64,000 nucleotides of DNA from Ostrea edulis (taxonomy: Eukaryota), in contig NC_079172.1 of NCBI RefSeq assembly GCF_947568905.1, positions 48,918,001 to 48,982,000 of the forward strand, read 5' to 3'. Numbering within the stretch: position 1 is the first letter of the stretch; each line of letters opens with the position of its first letter. The notes beneath the pieces were generated by a model. That model did not search any database. It was given only the letters and a program-made list of their open reading frames with translations, and was not told where the DNA came from. The position numbers and the translations under genes are program-made. Shown piece by piece: positions 11,650 through 25,788 of the stretch.

Positions 11650-13075
11650 GGGAGTGATTTGTTTGAGTTCGGGGGTAGAGGTAATTTGTTTGAGTGCGGG
11701 GGAAGAGATGATTTGTTTGAGTGCGGGGGTAGAGATGATTTGTTTGAGTTCGGGGGTAGAGGTAATTTGTTTGAGTGTGGGGGAAGAGATGATTTGTTTG
11801 AGTTCAGGGGTAGAGATAATTTGTTTGACGGCGGGGGTAGAGGTGATTTGTTTGAGGGCGGGGGTAGAGGTGGTTTGTTTGAGTTCGGGGGTAGAGATGA
11901 TTTGTTTGAGTTCGGGGGTAGAGATGATTTGTTTAAGTTCGGGGGTAGAGATGATTTGTTTGAGTTCGGGGGTAGAGATAATTTGTTTGAGTGCGGGGGT
12001 AGAGATGATTTGTTTGAGTTCGGGGGTAGAGATAATTTGTTTGAGGGCGAGAGTAGAGATGATTTGTTTGAGTTCGGGGGTAGAGGTGGTTTGTTTGAGG
12101 GCGGGGGTAGAGATGATTTGTTTGAGGGCGAGGGTAGAGATGATTTGTTTGAGTTCGGGGGTAGAGGTGGTTTGTTTGAGGGCGGGGGTAGAGATGATTT
12201 GTTTGAGGGCGGGGGTAGAGATGATTTGTTTGAGGGCGAGGGTAGAAATGATTTGTTTGAGGGCGGGGGTAGAGATGATTTGTTTGAGGGCGAGGGTAGA
12301 GATGATTTGTTTGAGTTCGGGGGTAGAGGTGGTTTGTTTGAGGGCGGGGGTAGAGATGATTTGTTTGAGGGCGAGGGTAGAGATGATTTCTTTGAGGGCG
12401 GGGGTAGAGATGATTTGTTTGATGGCAGGGGTAGAGGTGGTTTGTTTGAGTTCGGGGGTAGAGATGATTTGTTTGAGTTCGGGGGTAGAGGTGGTTTGTT
12501 TGAGGGCGGGGGTAGAGATGATTTGTTTGACTGCAGGGGTTAGAGATGATTTGTTTGATGGCAGGGGTAGAGGTGGTTTGTTTGATGGCAGGGATAGAGA
12601 TGATTTGTTTGAGGGCGGGGGTAGAGGTGATTTGTTTGAGGGCGGGGGTAGATGTGATTTGTTTGAGGGCGGGGGTAGATGTGATTTGATTGTGGGCGGG
12701 GGTAGAGATAATTTGTTTGAGGGCGGGGGTAGAGATAATTTGTTTGAGGGCGGTGTAGATGTGATTTGATTGAGGGCGGGGTAGATGTGATTTGTTTGAT
12801 GGCAAGGGTAGAGTTGATTTGTTTGAGGGCGGGATAGAGATAATTTGATTGAGGGCGGGGGTAAATGTGATTTGATTGAGGTCAGGGGTAGATGTGATTT
12901 GTTTGATGGCAAGGTTAGAGGAAATTTGTTTGAGGGCGTGGGTAGAGATGATTTGTTTGATGGCGGGGGTAGAGATGATTTGTTTGATGGCAGGGGTAGA
13001 GGTGGTTTGTTTGATGGCGAGGGTAGAAGATGTTTTGTTTGATGTCGACGGTAGAGATTGTTTGTTTGAGGGGAA
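11650..13075. repeat. G-rich 27-bp (26-bp in the distal part) minisatellite, about 1.4 kb
   Basis: Unit GGGGGTAGAGATGATTTGTTTGAG(TTC/GGC). It produces long repetitive ORFs in several frames on both strands. Confidence 0.95.
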
Positions 13076-13470
13076 TCTTTGTTCTTGTGAAGACCACCTT
13101 ATTTACAATAAAGAACATTATCGACACAAAGACTGTTTCACAGAGCCGGTGGTCAGTCGCTCATCAATACAGTAAATTGTTTTGCTGTCGAAGTAAAAAC
13201 CAAAAAATACGAGTATATCCTGAATTAAGAGGCATACTAGTATCTTGTAAACGGAGAAGTATCATCTTCAAGAGAATTTCTATTCTTTAAAAGCAGTATC
13301 TCTATAGTAAATCATGTGAGATACTGGGGAATCGTTTAATTCGCGGGGCCAATTTTCGTGGAATGTCGGGATTTTATAAGTTTCGCAGAGATATGGTTTC
13401 TGTACATTGAAACTTATGAATAGGTATTTCGTTATGGCTGAAAATTTGTGGGACATAGTTACCATATATA

Positions 13471-13813
13471 TTTCAACAGTCTCGTTTAAAGTCAGCATTT
13501 CGCAAATGCTATGGTTCTTATAACGCTCTAGTTTGCCAATACAACCTATCATTGCGTGAAAACTGTCTGACGTATTTGATACCGATTATTAGACCGTTCT
13601 TGGCTCGATGATTTTGACTACGGATAGCTCCATTTACCTGATCAAGATATGGGACTCACGGCGGGTGTGACCAGTCGACAGGGGATGCTTACTCCTCCTA
13701 GGCACATATCCCACCTCTGGTGTGTCCTGGAGCCCGTGTTTGCCCAACTATCTATTTTGTATTGCTTATAGGAGTTATGAGATTGATCACTGTTCGTTAT
13801 CCTCACCTTTCAT
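13471..13813 (+). mobile_element. Penelope-like element: RT C-terminal remnant plus 3' terminal repeat
   Basis: Encodes QQSRLKSAFRKCYGSYNALVCQYNLSL...SDVFDTDY*, followed by the repeat that ends TCACCTTTCAT. Confidence 0.85.
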
Positions 13814-14304
13814 TCAGGAAAATTGAGCCCCCCTCCACAAAACCCACTGATTTCAAAGATTCTTCTTGAGAAAAAGAAATACCATTTACAACAGTAAAGA
13901 AATATAATTTTCTACTATTGAGATATATCACTTACCGTGCATATTCTACTATAAAGAAATATCATTTTCTATACTGTAAAGATATTTTTATCTCTTTTGC
14001 CCGAGAGAGATACCAATTTTGAAAAGAAAATTACGGAGTCTCCCTCTTTTCTAAACATATTTCCATTTCTTTTTGTGAAAAAAGAAAACAGGATCGTCAT
14101 TGTATCATATTTCTCTATATAAGAAATATCTCTTTAGTAATGATAGATATTTATTTTAAAGAAAGATACATTTATTATTCAGTAAAGACAACCTTTTCCA
14201 TTGTTAAAGACATCCCTTTAACCTTAAAATAGAAATAAATATCACTTTAACATACATGTAGTATCTTTTTCAGGGTTATACATTCTTTAGGAAAAGATCT
14301 ACAT

Positions 14305-14709
14305 AGATACATTGCTGGATCCAGTAAATGTTCTACCAAGCCCCTATCTTTGTTTCTCACGAAAATATTAACTGCTGTGAAAGAGAAACTTCAAACGTAT
14401 TGTGCCACAACATATGCCAGAAGTTGTGTGAATCAAATGTGGATTCTAGAAATTTATAAAGAACATTTAGTAAATTTGATATTACAAAACTTTTCTCAAA
14501 TCAACACCATCAAAATGTCTGACTTTTCAACATTTTACACGTCCATTCCTCACGATAAATTAAAGATTATACTTTTTGACATCATAGACAGTTGCTTCTT
14601 CAATAAAAATGAAAAAAAGGAAATATTCATATCTAGTGATCAGTCATTCAAAAATTACGTTATTAAACACTACTCTGATACTACATGTACGAACAAGTAC
14701 TCTGAAGTT
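14305..14709 (+). pseudogene. Penelope-like reverse transcriptase fragment
   Basis: RYIAGSSKCSTKPLSLFLTKILTAVKEKLQ...VNQMWIL...DFSTFYTSIPHDKLK, homologous to 58855 onward. The track ORF 14350-14814 runs on into unrelated repeat DNA after about 14709. Confidence 0.85.
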
Positions 14710-14945
14710 TCAACCACTTTTCACGCAGTTCCATTAGTTACAATATTTGTTTTCCTTTTCTGTGTAGTACAAATATCTCAGGTCATTATTCCACGCGGTC
14801 ATTATTCGTCATAACAGCTGAACGTGAGACAGTAGTTTGCGGGAAAATAGTAGACACACATTAACACACCACGTGCGTACATGCATAAATATCAAAAACA
14901 AGTGTGGGGGCGATGTCGAACAGAAGTTGAGAAAAACTATCACCT
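14710..14945. repeat. Dispersed repeat of about 240 bp, copy 1
   Basis: GGTCATTATTCCACGCGGTCATTATTCGTCATAAC...GTAGTTTGCGGGAAAATAG...CGATGTCGAACAGAA recurs at 18320-18555. Confidence 0.75.
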
Positions 14946-15677
14946 GGCCCCGGGATTATGAAGTTGTCTTAAAGTAAAAGATTGTTGCACTTAGAAATTT
15001 TAAGACTGGATTTTAGGAAGTGGGTCACCAAAAAAAAATTGTAAAAGTAAGAATGGTATTTTGTCTTAAATTTGGATCTTCCCACTTTAGCTGTGACACA
15101 TGACCCCCGATGATTTAGGAAAACATTAAAGTTTTAATTACATGTATACAATTTGCAATGCCCCAGCATGTTCATTGATACCTTAACTGTCAGGTTTGGT
15201 CTTTTATGTCACTGAAAAGTTCGTTAACATTAAGAGCTATATCGTCTTTTGAAACCGGGTTTGTCTGTTTTTGTTTATTTCTACTGATATTCATCGAATG
15301 ACAGGTTTTTAAAGCCTTTGTTTATATCGAGCACAAGGTTGTCCAGATTTCTCTTTTCTATTATAATTCTTTCATGTAATAAAGAAAACTATATCTAAAA
15401 TTCAAGACTGGACAATCTTGTGTCGGTGATGAAATTCATAAAAATCTGCAAAAACTACACGTTCTGTTTCTACCTCATTTACCTGTATCGACCTCATCTT
15501 AACCTGCTGAATATCAAACCAGTCACGTGATAATCTGCGTCACGTTAATACTCGATATACTCGTCAGGCCGCACGGTATTGTCGACTACATGAATACATG
15601 CCAAATGGGGAGTGGGTGGGGGCAGCCCCTCCCTCTTCCTGTTGTTACGTCCCTATGTTATTTGGAGAATACACATT

Positions 15678-15681
<4 letters not shown>

Positions 15682-15744
<63 letters not shown>
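15682..15744. repeat. (CT)n microsatellite
   Basis: Perfect dinucleotide run of 63 bp. Confidence 0.98.
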
Positions 15745-15747
<3 letters not shown>

Positions 15748-16492
15748 GTCAGACATTTAGTCTCTTTTATCCGTTTAAAGCTGTATGATCCGAAGTTCAT
15801 GTATTAAAGTTATTAACTTTCCGTAATAAAAGAAAACACTTAAGAGTAAATATATATAGATTTGGCATCTATGAATAGCCCCATGCGCCTCAGGGGAAAA
15901 TCCAACATGATGTATATAACCCAGACACGCATATATTATTTCTTGAGTAATTTCTATGTTATTCTACTGTTGATATATCTACATCAACGTTGTATATGAC
16001 ATTTCTATGACTTCGAAAAATATTTGTTATTATACATATAGTGATATTATGTATTTTCATATAAATTATATATATGCCTTATATAAAATAATAATCATAA
16101 TAAAATATATTCAATCCAATGGGCCCCTGGCACCTTTGGTGAGAATTATGCGGGAGTATCCGAGGATATTTTATCCCAAATAATATGTATACTTTCTAAT
16201 AAATGATGAAATCATAAAAAAAAACAAAAAAACTCAGACACACATGTCTAATTTCAATTAAGGCTGAAAGAGCGAAAAAAATATGCAACAAATTACTAAG
16301 AGGTAATTAATAATTTCATTTTTCTTAACTTTATGGCACGGTACCGTTGTAACAAAAGCTTTACACAGTTTATCGAGTACCTTTGGAAGTCCAAAATGGA
16401 CACGGGACTCACTTATTTCGTGCATGGACGAGTGATTGTTGTTTGTATAGACACCGATTTACAATAAAATATTTCTGATTAAAACAGGTGAA

Positions 16493-17113
16493 ACAAGAGG
16501 TACTGTGAGCAATGTTCACTAAGAATACCCCCCGCTTACCCCAATCTCCCAAAGGGTGTTCCATGCGATGAAAAAAGCCGTTAAAGAATTTAAATGGAAA
16601 CCATAGTGCTACTTCGATGTCCAGAGCGCTTGACCTTTGACCTTTTGACCCCAAAATCGATAGGGAACATCTTCATCCCATGGGTAGTCCATATGTATGA
16701 TATGGTGACTGTAGGTGGAAAGGATAACGCTTTAGAGCCCGGAAACCATATTGCTACTTAAATGTCCAGTGCGCTTGACCTTTGACCCCAAAATCGATAG
16801 GGAACATCTTCATCCCATGGGTAGTCCATATGTATGATATGGTGACTGTAGATGGAAAGGATAACGCTTTAGAGCCCGGAAACCATATTGCTACTTCGAT
16901 GTTCAGTGCGCTTGACCTTTGACCTTTTAACCCTAAAATCGATAGGGAACATCTTCATCCCATGGGTAGTCCATATATATGATATGGTGACGGTAGGTGG
17001 AAAGGATAATGCTTTAGAGCCCGGAAACCATTGCGTCTACAGACGGACGGACAGACAGACGGACAACCCGATTCCAGTATACCCCCCACAACTTGTTACG
17101 GGGGGTATAACAA
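16493..17113 (+). mobile_element. Helentron-type non-autonomous element (HINE/pearl-like) with three internal repeats of about 145 bp
   Basis: ACAAGAGG start. Units begin at 16596, 16741, 16878 and 17023 (145, 137, 145 bp). A GACG/GACA microsatellite follows, then a terminal hairpin TATACCCCCC...GGGGGGTATA at 17078-17109. Confidence 0.85.
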
Positions 17114-18319
17114 TGTATAATATGTCTCATAAATACATACGTGCGATGACGTAACGTTTTTACAAGGTGGGGGAAATTTTGAACTTAGTTTTCTACCCTT
17201 ACCTTCCAATATCCCAGGGGAAAAGGACTGTACACTGGAGATACATCAGTGTTTAATATTTACTAAAAAGTGTAATAGATAAATCGATTTCTCTTTGAAA
17301 AGAGAGATTGTAAAGAGGGACCACAAGCTACAGTTAAAGTGGGGAGGTCCTTTAAGACTACCCTTGCGCTGTCTTAATTTTCTAAGACTGTTGCCAAGTT
17401 ATACAAAATGGCCGCACTGATTGCATTTTTAAGCGAGTCGATGAAGACGTCTGCCCTGACCAAGAAGCGGACAAGTCACTTGTTTAAAAAACTTTAGCCG
17501 TAGTTAGATCGAAAAGTAGCACCGATGGCCCGGAAAGATTTAGATCGGGCTTATACAAATAAATATAATTTCATATGTTTCACTCGTAAACGTGCTACAC
17601 GTACGACCGTCTTACTAAAAGTTAAGACTTGCGATTTACGACCAATGTTGATCGTAACTTAACGAGTGATAGGACTGTCGTACGTGCTCCTACATACACG
17701 TAAACGAGCAATATGGCTGTCATGCTGGTGTAACATTGAATAGTGTCCCCATTGAAAAAGACCTCAGGGGTCATTTCTTAATGTTAAAAGTTGACCCCAA
17801 TCAAATTTTGACGTTAACTTTTGATCAAAAACGGTCGTTGAAAAGTGATCAACGTTAAATTGTGTTCAGTTTAACGGCTACTTAAATGTTACATACATAA
17901 TATAAATGTTTATCTTGAAATACCAAATTAGTGGATGGCAAATCATTTGCTCGTCATTGCCGATTACATCCTCGCTACTTTCTGTTGTATTTATATCGCT
18001 ATCGCCCCATTAAGAAAATGACACTCATTATAGATATAGGACGGGTGAAAAGGTTTCTTTATTTCCCTGGGTATTGTCAAACATTCTGTCATTTTTGAGT
18101 ATAAAAATACTAACCGTATTAGGCCTCTCATTGAATAATTATTTAAAATCACAATTAATTTGTGGTGCTGAGCTACATGGATTTCCGACGATAACAAAGT
18201 GAAGTATTGCCAGGAAACAGGTGAATACACTCGATATCTAATACCATATTAGTATACATATAAGTAAGCAAAAAGTAGTGGTCCCAAAATATTCTACCTT
18301 AGATAAACCCCCGTTTTAT

Positions 18320-18555
18320 TTCCACCACTTTTGACGTGGTTCTGTTAGTTACAACATTTGTTTTCCTTTAAATATCTCTGGTCATTATTCCACGCGGTCA
18401 TTATTCGTCATAACCACTGAACGTGAGATGGTAGTTTGCGGGAAAATAGCAGACACACATTAACACATCACGTGCCTATAAACATCGAGGATTCTGATAT
18501 TAAAGACAGGTGTGGGGACGATGTCGAACAGAAAGCGAAAAAAACATCATCTGGA
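18320..18555. repeat. Dispersed repeat of about 240 bp, copy 2
   Basis: Homologous to 14710-14945. Confidence 0.75.
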
Positions 18556-20680
18556 AAACAACTAACATGCACATAGCACATCACAAGCGTTATATTGATA
18601 ATGAAAATAACATTGGAATAGTATTTTAAACAACTTTTAGACCTATTTTCCACGTATAAAGCAATGAAAGAGGACGACGAACTTGTTATCTTCATTTTAT
18701 TGAACTTGGCTGATATTTACTCGGGAACTTGTCCGTGTATGGACGTTGTCGCAAAGAGGTGCAGTGACAGTTTACGGTAGACCCACCCTCGTGTAAATTT
18801 ATCAAAATTAATGGTTCAAAGTAGAAAAATGCATCGATTTCCACTTAAAATAGGTTAATTTAATCAATAACCCCCCCAAAAATATTTGTTGCCACACTTT
18901 TAAAGACGCAACACATACATATATAGAAGTATAAGTCAACATCAGAAAATAGCACATTTTCATCAAACAGCATGATAAAAAAAAAAAAACCCACACAAAA
19001 ACTTGTTAAAATGACAAAATTTTAATTTCAAAAGTTTAAAAAATCCGCTACAATACAAATATATACATACAGTTAATTATCGAATTATCGCCACTCAATT
19101 CATCGCCATTTTCGTTATAACGCCGCATTTTCCTAAGAACGTTTTTCCTATTACTTAAAATTCTCGTTAAAACGCCAAATTCGCTATCGTTATCGCCATT
19201 TGCCACGGTATTTTTATACGAGGCGAAACCGAGTCCCAATACGGATTTCCATTTCACACCCTGGTTGACTCCGTATATCGTCCCAAACTGACTGTGTAAC
19301 AAATTTATCCCGCTGAAGACCTTTAGAAAATTTGTTCAGATTTCAATGACATCTTTGATAATTATCATTCAATCATTAAATTGAATTCCATATACATGTG
19401 TCACATCGAAAATCATATAATCAAAGCATCACAATTGAAAATATGAACACTAACATTGAATAAACAAATCATGTATGTTGAAACTGAATGCAGACATACA
19501 TTGAAAGCTACGGTAGCTTTCAGACCACCCTTGAAATTTCAATACGCTGTATTGAAATTTTGAGTCGTCATTGATTCGTAAGTGACGTGACAATTGCCAA
19601 ACTCTCTGAACCAATCGGAACCCCAAATAAACGGTTACGGAAAAGGACGAACACGTAATCCGATTGTAATATACCATCCAGACGGAGACCTAATACAAAA
19701 AAATTTCAGGGAGTCATGTGATTAGCTTTTATCCAATCAATTACCTACAAATTTGTCTGAAACGGGATATTAAGTAAAGATACTACAATACGTACCATTA
19801 ATACATTAGATTTAAAATGGCCAAGATACGAGGTGGACTGGAAGCCATGACCTCTCGGTTGCGAAGCCATGTACGTGAACTTTGGAATGATTGTATGTTC
19901 TCTTACATGTAAAAGGTACCAAACGAAAACAGTGTTAATTACATCTTCGCTTTGTTATTATATGCTATGTAATATATTACTAATTGCGTACCAGAAATCC
20001 ATTATTTACCATAAATCATATTGTCGATTCTTTATTCGGTGCACACACCGGTAACTGTGTAAGACTATCAAACTACAGGCGCCGTGCAATGTTATATCGT
20101 TTGTTGGATGTAGTTATTTTTGCTTCTTTTATGCCTTTATGTTAATAATTACAAAGTATTTATTAAACAAGTACTAACATTTTTGGCTATTACTATGAAA
20201 AAAATTGACTTTTTTGATTGATGAATTTTGATTAATTTTGCAAGCTACGGTTGGGATTTATTACTTAATATCTCATAAGGAGAAAAATATGTTCCTGATA
20301 GGACGACGTAAATAGTCTACAGTAAGCTGTGCCAATGAACGTTCGGGATATTTCTCCAACGACGGTCGTATTTGTAAGTCCGAAGGAAGCAAATTCAAAA
20401 GGGGGGGGGGGGCAAAACATGCTATTGGAAATTTCACTGATTTTTTATGTGAATTTTAAAACATTTTTAAAATAAACTGCAAAAATGGGGTGGGTGCTGT
20501 GAATATGAATCTATTTCATACGCATTTTACTCGATATTACTAATGAACTACAGAGATTAGGAAAAAAAAATTCACATCTGATCATATAGTATTCTATATA
20601 TGCCTTCGAATCATGATTTTAAAAAACCCGATATAGGCTTGAAAATGTATCAGTTTTGACAACTTGCACATTATCTTTGA

Positions 20681-21027
20681 CCAGCTGCGATAGCTCAGTG
20701 GTTAAACCGTTTGCGTCGTGACCGGAAGGTCGTGAGTGAAAGTACCGCTCGTACTTTGGCCGCGTCAAACCAAGGATATGAAAATAGGTATCGAATACTA
20801 GCGACTGTTCCTTCGCCAGACTCTCGGTATTTAGAAGCCCCGAGTCGCAGGTCTTTCGGACGAGACCTAAAAAATGGAGGCCTCGTATCGCAACAGACAT
20901 TGACACGAAAAAGAATCTCCCTGCTAGGGCACTGAACATGTATGTCTCGATCTCAGGAACTTGACCTATTGGTGATGTTTAAGTATGAGAAAATTTCTCG
21001 AAGGGATGTAAAACAAAGATACAAACA
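20681..21027 (+). mobile_element. tRNA-headed SINE, family A, near full length
   Basis: GATAGCTCAGTGGTTAAACCG head, shared core and a tail ending TATGAGAAAATTTCTCGAAGGGATGTAAAACAAAGATACAAAC. Confidence 0.75.
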
Positions 21028-21674
21028 GGCCTGAAGGAAATAATTGATCTTAATCCCAACTTGACCCGCAATTTGGGGGGGGGAGTACTTAAAAAATACA
21101 TAATACTTTTTCTTAAGACATGAAAATTCTGAGCTCTTACTTTACACCAGATGAAGATGAATGCACATTAAAATCTGACAAAATATAGCTTTTGCAGATA
21201 TTATCACTTCTCTCTCTCTCTGGACGTTCTGTATTAAATTTTCGATGAATTTTTCTCTCTCGAATTATAACGCGAAACTTGCGAACGAACGTGTTGCACG
21301 TTCGCAAAGAAACCGTAATGTTCGCTTTACATCGCGAAAAATTTCATATGAATATAGTTATGTAAAACAGGAACCCGTAGTTAGAGCAATGAAGGAAGAC
21401 TGACTCTATGGGTTTTTAAGTGATTTTAGAGTGAAGAACTGTATCACGTGCTAACAGACCTACTATTTACACACGCATATTTCGGCAAATATTTTATTGA
21501 AGTGTATTGAATGCAAATTAGAATTCATATTAGTAATTGATTAATATACCAGTGTTAATGCATTAAGATACAACAATTTACCTTTACATCTTTAAAATGT
21601 TTATTTGAATGGTAGCGTGTTGAAAATATGGAACTGGCATTACACTAATATCATATATCTTTTTTTCTTTTTGA

Positions 21675-22154
21675 ATACTAGTATAGTAGTGTTTGTGCCC
21701 AATACTGGAGCCAGATTTGACACATAACTCCCAGAAAAAAATAATAATAATAATTTTCGGTGAATATGCACATCTACACAGTAAGTCCATATCAGATACA
21801 AAGTTACATGAAATTCTGTTCCGCGGTTTCAGAGGAGCTGCGCTGACAAACTATTTCAGCAGTACATGTACATTTGATTTTGGCCAAACTACTAATTTCA
21901 AAAGGAATATACTAGTAACTCCCAGAAAAAAATCGAAGAAGTATTTCCTGCAAATATACACATCTACACAGTATGTCCGTGTCTTGAAATTATATAAAGT
22001 GGTTTCAGAGGAGTTGCGCTGACAAGAACAGGACTGACGGAAGCCAAACTTCTGAGTTCAAAACGGGCATAATTCCCAGAGAAGAGAAATTAAATCAGAA
22101 TTCCTGCTAATATACACATTCACATGGTAAGTCCTTATTACATATTAAACTACT

Positions 22155-22187
<33 letters not shown>

Positions 22188-22250
22188 TCGAGGAGTTGCG
22201 TTGACAAGAACAGGTACGTACCCTTCACAACTCGTTGCGTGGGGTATAAT
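21675..22250 (+). mobile_element. Helentron-type element carrying about three degenerate satellite monomers resembling oyster Cg170/pearl-CvA
   Basis: Repeated AATATGCACATCTACA...CATGAAATTCTGTT...GGTTTCAGAGGAGTTGCGCTGACAA, a GGACTGACGG remnant and a terminal hairpin TACCCTTCACAACTCGTTGCGTGGGGTA at 22219-22246. Confidence 0.8.
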
Positions 22251-22779
22251 GTTTCAACACCTGGTTTTGATAATCAGGTCATGAAATGTCACAAAATTTC
22301 AAAGTACTATTATTCTGTATATGGGTAAACAACCATTAAAGAGGTTCGCACCTGACATTTGGTGTAATGTCAATTTTTTGGGAAGTGTATTTTTGATTTC
22401 TACATTGAAGAAGAACTGGGAAATCAAAAAGAAAAACTGGGTTCGCAACGCTTGTTATTGAGCTATAGTGTTCTAAACATGACCTTTTTGCACTTAAAAT
22501 TTATTCAATTAAACTTGATTTTTCTGTTAGTGTCAACACAACATAAGCAACACAAATCAATCATTACATAAAATAGATACATACTCATGTCCTCTAACAT
22601 TACAGGTGAAAAAAGAAATTAATACTAGTAAAGGAAATAAGTAATGACCTTTTTGCACTTGAGATACAAAAAAGTTCATGATATCAAAATTGAGAGTTTA
22701 AAAGGACATATTAGGAGTAATGTCAATTTCTAAAATTTTACATAATTTTCAAGGTCTGGTCTTCCAATTTAAAATGCAC

Positions 22780-23270
22780 CTTTAAAAAGTGGGGGTTGGA
22801 GATCAATTTTTTGAATTATTGGCGAAAATACTGAATTTTTATACAAAATTTCGAAGAAATTAATTAAAACTTTTTTTGAAAATTGGTGTACTGTTTGGAA
22901 AAATATATCAACCAAATTAATATATTACAACATTTGACCCAGTTCCAAGTCTCAACTACCTGTATCATAAATCAGAAAACTGAAATACATGTATAGGAGT
23001 ATAAAAATAGACGATACATTGGATGAAACAGAAACTGTAATATCATGCAGAATTAGAACATTTTGATTAGTGAATCCTTCCGCCACAAAATATAGTCCCT
23101 GCCAAACCCTTTCAAAATTTGAATTGACACAAACTTTTTCAACTGGATAGGGTTCAGCAATAGATGTGTAATATATTTGCACCAATGGGATCAGTATGGA
23201 ACCAATGAGTACTTAATTGTAGCATCCTGCGCAGTTGTACTCAAAAGCTCAGGAGCCAACTTCCTTAAAT
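22780..23270. repeat. Dispersed repeat of about 490 bp, copy 1, probable DNA-transposon interior
   Basis: Collinear with 34220-34690, for example CCGCCACAAAA..TAGTCCCTGCCAAACC and CATCCTGCGCAGTTGT.CTCAAAAGCT.AGGAGC. Confidence 0.75.
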
Positions 23271-25788
23271 CTCTCAATTTACGTTATATTATCAGGTAAA
23301 AAATGCTTAATCTACATTTTCTTTTGATTCATCTGATAACCTGTAAAATCCGTCAGACTGTCTCTAGAATGCACTCGATGCCCGTAAGTCATTTTCTGAA
23401 ACTGTTTTTATACATATACATTGCAAATTTTTGCATTTTTTCAAAGCTTAGATGAAACCATGAAATAGTTTTACTTAGTAAAAGAAAACTTGTATTAATA
23501 TATGGCAAAAACAATATTGAAGAGTACTTGCAAGTCCTAGATTATCCCCAGGATTTGAACCTGGACTTCCTCAATGCAGTTACTCATGAGGTGTGCCAAA
23601 CAATTACACTAAGACAATTTGCAAAGACGTGCAAGCACATTATTGCTTTAAAACTGTGAGACTAATTAAAGTGGGGGGATCCAAAACAATTACTTAGTTT
23701 TTAAATATGTTGAAAAGAAAGGAACAGAGAAAATTCTGAACACTGTCACTCCGTATTGCATAGCAGTTGTGCAACGGAATGACATGTGTATATATTAGTA
23801 CAGGCATGATAGATGGCAGTCATTATTACTCAATTCGTAAAAACTGACATTGAAACGTTGTTATATAGGTGGAAATCATTTGTAGTACATGTACACGTGT
23901 ATCTACCATTGTTGCGCAATAATTGAGCCCACCTTGCATGCTAATTCAGTTGTTAAATAGCTGGTTCATGTTAATAAAATGGCATGGAGGGACAATATTT
24001 CCATTATAGATCTAAAATCAAGAGAGTACTTCTCGGTGACACAGTGGGATAGGGTCGCATTCGACGAATAAACATGATTTCAATGCAAGCTTACCATAGG
24101 CGACGCCATCTTGGATTCTCTTATGGGGCAGCCATTCGGTATCCGATGCCTGGCCTTCGTTCTTTGAACATCGGAAGGCCTCGGGTACCAGGCTATAATA
24201 AGTTGAGTTACTGCCTCCCCCATTAATTTTTTTTTGTAATTGTATTAAATGGCAAGAATGTAAGATTGAACTGATGAATCGAACCCAATGATATGGAGAG
24301 ACAATGATTATAATGATAATGATAGAACGATGCACTCTCATGATTTAAGATTTTGAAGGTCGGGGAAAATGTTAGTTTTGTTTAAACGTTCGTCCATTTC
24401 TCACTTCCTCCCTTTAAATGTTTTAAGATTGGCAAAAAAGGGTTTGGTGTTTTAGGGCTTGTCAAGTAGTTTAGACAATTGAGAAGTTAACTTCTCCCAC
24501 TGCGCATCACTACCACCAACACCACTTTGAAAATTATGCTACGTGCTTGTTGTAGGTTCATGGATTGTGGCATTGGTACTATTTTAAAATTAATTTAACA
24601 GTTCTAGTATTTTAAAATGGTTTTACCCAAACATCATCATAATGAAGAAAACTTACCACCCCCACCCCCACTAAAAGCTTCCAGAGCCACACGCTATGTT
24701 TGGTTGAAAGAACCAAGCGTAGATGGAGAAGTAAGAGACCAGGAGAAGCCCGAGACACCGAGATACTGAGAATAATTTGTTTAAGCCTGCTGGTCGGTTG
24801 TACCTACGGTTCACCAGTAGTAAGCGGAACCGTAAAGATAATTACATGGAGTTTTAAAAGCAGGTTTGATTAAAACAAACATCGTTGGTTTTCGTCATGA
24901 TTTTCCCAATCACATTGGCAATCGTTCATTACACGGTGTGGGGAGAAGAACCCAATCTGCACGAATCTCGAGATCTAAAAAGCCTCATCAGCCATTCTAG
25001 ATAATATGTTTTTAAAAAAAGAGGAAATAAGATTCGATGGCTTGGTCGATCTCGTTACGTCTTTCTGTACATCTGTTGGAATTCAGGTATCATTATCTTT
25101 AATGCGCTGTTTTAATTGATTTAAAATTAGTATTGTCATGCTAATTTCCCCGCTGTGTCTTATTAATGAGTAAAACGAACATCAAAAACATTCGGAATGA
25201 ATTAACTGAAAGACGTGGTTACAAAAGAAAGCTGTTTTGATACATCGCAAGTTTCCCCAGTCTTGTTTTGCTCGTTGTGTCAGACTCTGTTTCTGCACTT
25301 CCAAGGTGCAGTAGACTGATCTGAAAATTTCAATTTCATTTAAAAACAAGAATATCAGTAAAACTGATGGATGCTCCCCGAAATTCATCTAACCAATTAA
25401 CTACTTCACATGACGAATGACTCGCACAATAACTGTTGAAATATTGTTGAAGTGAAGGTTTCTTTTTCATATATAAGGTATGTTGAGTGACGTAGACCTT
25501 TACAAAATGACCTTGAGTGACCTTTGTCTAAAAGCCATTCCCTATTTATGTGATATATAATCACTACCTGCTCAAAAACTGAAAAAAGACACTTTTTTCA
25601 TATAAGGTATATGTTTAGAGTGACTTTGACCTTTCTTTAATGACCTTGAGAGACCTTGATCCAAAAGATCAATAACTGTTGAAATATATTTTCTATATAT
25701 AAGGTACATGTTCTGAGTGACTTTGACCTTTCCAAAATGACCTATCTAGTTAGGTACCTGGTGGTATTAGTAAGGAGGGGGTGATTCA

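Noticed and set aside
11617-13175. Long ORFs of 290-431 aa (GGRDDLFE, TPALKQII and similar)
   Set aside because: A 27-bp stop-free unit opens several frames on both strands at once. There is no unique flanking coding sequence or signal peptide.
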